DNA from: Tubulanus polymorphus
Taxonomy: Eukaryota; Animalia; Nemertea
Length of the DNA: 64,000 nucleotides
Reading direction: 5' to 3'
Assembly (NCBI RefSeq): GCF_964204645.1
Contig: NC_134026.1
Span: 14,790,150 to 14,854,149, forward strand
This document shows, piece by piece, positions 61,733 through 64,000 of the stretch. Under the pieces are notes generated by a model. It was not told the DNA's origin, ran no database searches, and was given only the letters and a program-made list of their open reading frames with translations. Each line of letters opens with the position of its first letter. The stretch's first letter is position 1. Position numbers and translations under genes: made by a program.

Positions 61733-62616
61733 GTAATGTATATTTTGCGCGTGGAATAAGTATATTGCACACATTGTTCCGGTTAACAGGTTTTAGTAGT
61801 CGCAGTCATTATACAACATTGGAAAAACATGCAACTTTACCTCAAAATCTAATGAACACATTCCACGCCTCCCGCTGAGGAAGAAATGTTAGGTCCATTT
61901 TTCATTACATTGGGAAAGATGATAGTCATCTGTATCACAGCCTTTCTTTTTAACTTTTTAGGATTAACTGTGTTGATATTATGGAATGGTTCCGAGATTT
62001 AACTTTCTGTTAGTTTTTGGTGGCACAAATTGTAACCACCGGATATATACAGCTGACATTTTGTCATATGGAGGGAAATAGGTGGTGGAATTGAATATTG
62101 CAAGTTTCGTCCTTCAGCTCTAAGCCATTTTATTTGGATGTACTGGGAGAAAATGTGCAAAATTTCAAAGAATTTTTCCCCCATGCAAGAGAAAAACAGT
62201 AACTGATAATACTACGATGATCTGAGGCTGCAACCCAATCTGAACCGCAATAACCAATTAAACACAAGTTACCATCTACTGCTTTAAAGAGCATATGCGA
62301 TCAAAATGGAATATTGTGCAAAATTCATTTTCAAATGTGATGTATTCACAAATATCAAGTATGGAGTTGGTTTGAATCTTAGTTCAGCCATTACTGAGAA
62401 ATATGACTATTAAATCGGCAATTTCAGCGCGTGCTCACTGTTATTGTTTATCTTACTTAGCAGGTGCGTGTTTCTGACGTCATCTCTGACAAACGCTCGC
62501 GGCTTCCTGTCATTTCACTAGACATTTCATGCGATAATCTATCGTTTTGGGAGTGATTTGTATTCATAAACTCTAACCATTGTATAGTGTTGCTGCCGTT
62601 GTATATGACATGATAA

Positions 62617-63543
62617 TCTATACTATAAGCGGCTACGCGTCTTAACTTTGTAACGCGTAATCTCCGTTCGTGGGGCTTCGATTACCCGTTGAGTGGTATG
62701 GATTGAAAGAGGATGGTCTGATCTGTGTTTTAGAATCGATTTCGATAGAGTTTAGGTAGACTTTTGGACCATTTAAGTTTGGACGCTCCGCGTGTCACTG
62801 CGCGTGATGATCAAAACAAACATTTGAGCGTCAGCTGTTGCTCGGTTTTTGTATAGCGTGCATGACTACAGAGACGCCAATGACCTCAATTCATCTCTCT
62901 GCCTACAGAGACGCGGGTGACCTCGCGGGGAATCTACTGTGAGCATCGGCTGTTGCTTGCTTTTCTACAGAGACGCAAGTGACCTCAATTCGCCCTGTCT
63001 GGGGAATCTAATAGTGGAGATTACTGTATGTATTCGAGCTCACCACAGCGCCACTTCCTTAACAAAGAAAAGCGTGCCAATCCATTCTTCTAAGAATCAC
63101 CGAGATTTAATAGCCTGATTTGTCATTGTGGTCGGATTGAAAGGTATGAAAGAGCGTCATTCATTGACAGTCACACCATTCCAGTTCCGTCCTCCAATTT
63201 CCCTTACGCCCTGTTTTGTCATGACAGTTAACAAAGCACAGCCAAACATTCAGATGCATTGCACTGGACTTCCGGAATTCACCATTCACACATGGCATGC
63301 TCTATGTTTCCCTTTCCAGAGTAGGTACCCATGATCGTGTTACAGTACTCACCCCTCAAAAACAAACCGAAAACATAGTTTACAGCGAAATATTGTAATA
63401 CTTTTTCTCTTCTTTGATATTTGTTTCTAATGCCTGACTTATAGTGTAGATTTCATATCGATAAATAAATGTTATATTATTTTTATCCGCACCTTAGTGA
63501 TTTATTATATTCTACCCGTCCTCCAGGACGGGTACTGTGCTAG
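62617..63543 (+). mobile_element. Non-autonomous Helitron with a PIF1-helicase C-terminal remnant
   Basis: A|TC start (TCTATACTATAAG); FVMTVNKAQ, HGMLYVSLSRV and NIVYSEIL fragments; 3' hairpin CCCGTCCTCCAGGACGGG followed by CTAG|T. Confidence 0.82.
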
Positions 63544-63767
63544 TAGTATATAAGTGAGTAGCGCTGTAGGTCAGTGAATATGGTGAACAAATGGTGTTTA
63601 TTTTATCGATTATACATAGGCTTCGCGTACTGGCCCGCACACGTGCTTGTGTTGATTGTCTTAGTTAACATCATAAATAGCGCCACCTGTTGGATATGAA
63701 CAATAGGCACGGAGTGAAGGCTAAATAGTTGACTATTCCGCTAACTATTACGGCAAATTCATGCTCC

Positions 63768-64000
63768 TTTTTTAGCCCACTTGGGACTTTAGTCCCAGCG
63801 GGCTATTGCGTTCACTTGTCGTCCGTCCGTAGACGGAATCCAGTTATTTTGGGAAGTGTTGAAGACGCTTCAAGGTAATGTCTTGATATTTGAGTTACAC
63901 ATGTATCCACCCTAGACACATCTTCAGCCCAAAAACTGGCCCTGTCAGATTCAAGATGGCCGACTGGCAGCCATTGTTGTTCGCCAAAATCAGCACTTTT
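63768..64000 (+). mobile_element. Second HINE-like copy, running off the window
   Basis: Near-identical to 59818-60050. Confidence 0.7.

Overview
This is AT-rich animal (invertebrate-like) genomic DNA made almost entirely of nested mobile elements; the only clear host gene is the first two coding exons of CCT6 (54563-61732). The main feature is a 23-kb endogenous Polinton/Maverick-like virus at 9769-32852 with AG...CT ends and a 6-bp TSD (AATATC). It encodes pPolB, penton, a putative major capsid protein, packaging ATPase, integrase, an NCLDV-type HNH nuclease and several membrane proteins, and it sits inside the DUF4806-like gene of a CACTA/EnSpm-like transposon. Four things about it are unusual. 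(i) Every gene with an identifiable start begins at a poxvirus-style TAAA(A)TG initiator, and most are preceded by one of two upstream motifs resembling poxvirus intermediate and late promoters, which suggests dependence on a cytoplasmic large DNA virus (virophage-like). (ii) Each end is itself a ~188-bp hairpin. (iii) It is a composite of two diverged copies with different middle segments in two membrane proteins. (iv) No adenain-type protease is visible. The window also contains a LINE ORF1, a Penelope RT/GIY-YIG element, hammerhead-ribozyme Penelope remnants, Harbinger, BEL/Pao, hAT, a MULE-like insertion, Helitron/Helentron derivatives and MITEs. All calls come from reading motifs by eye; no database searches were run.
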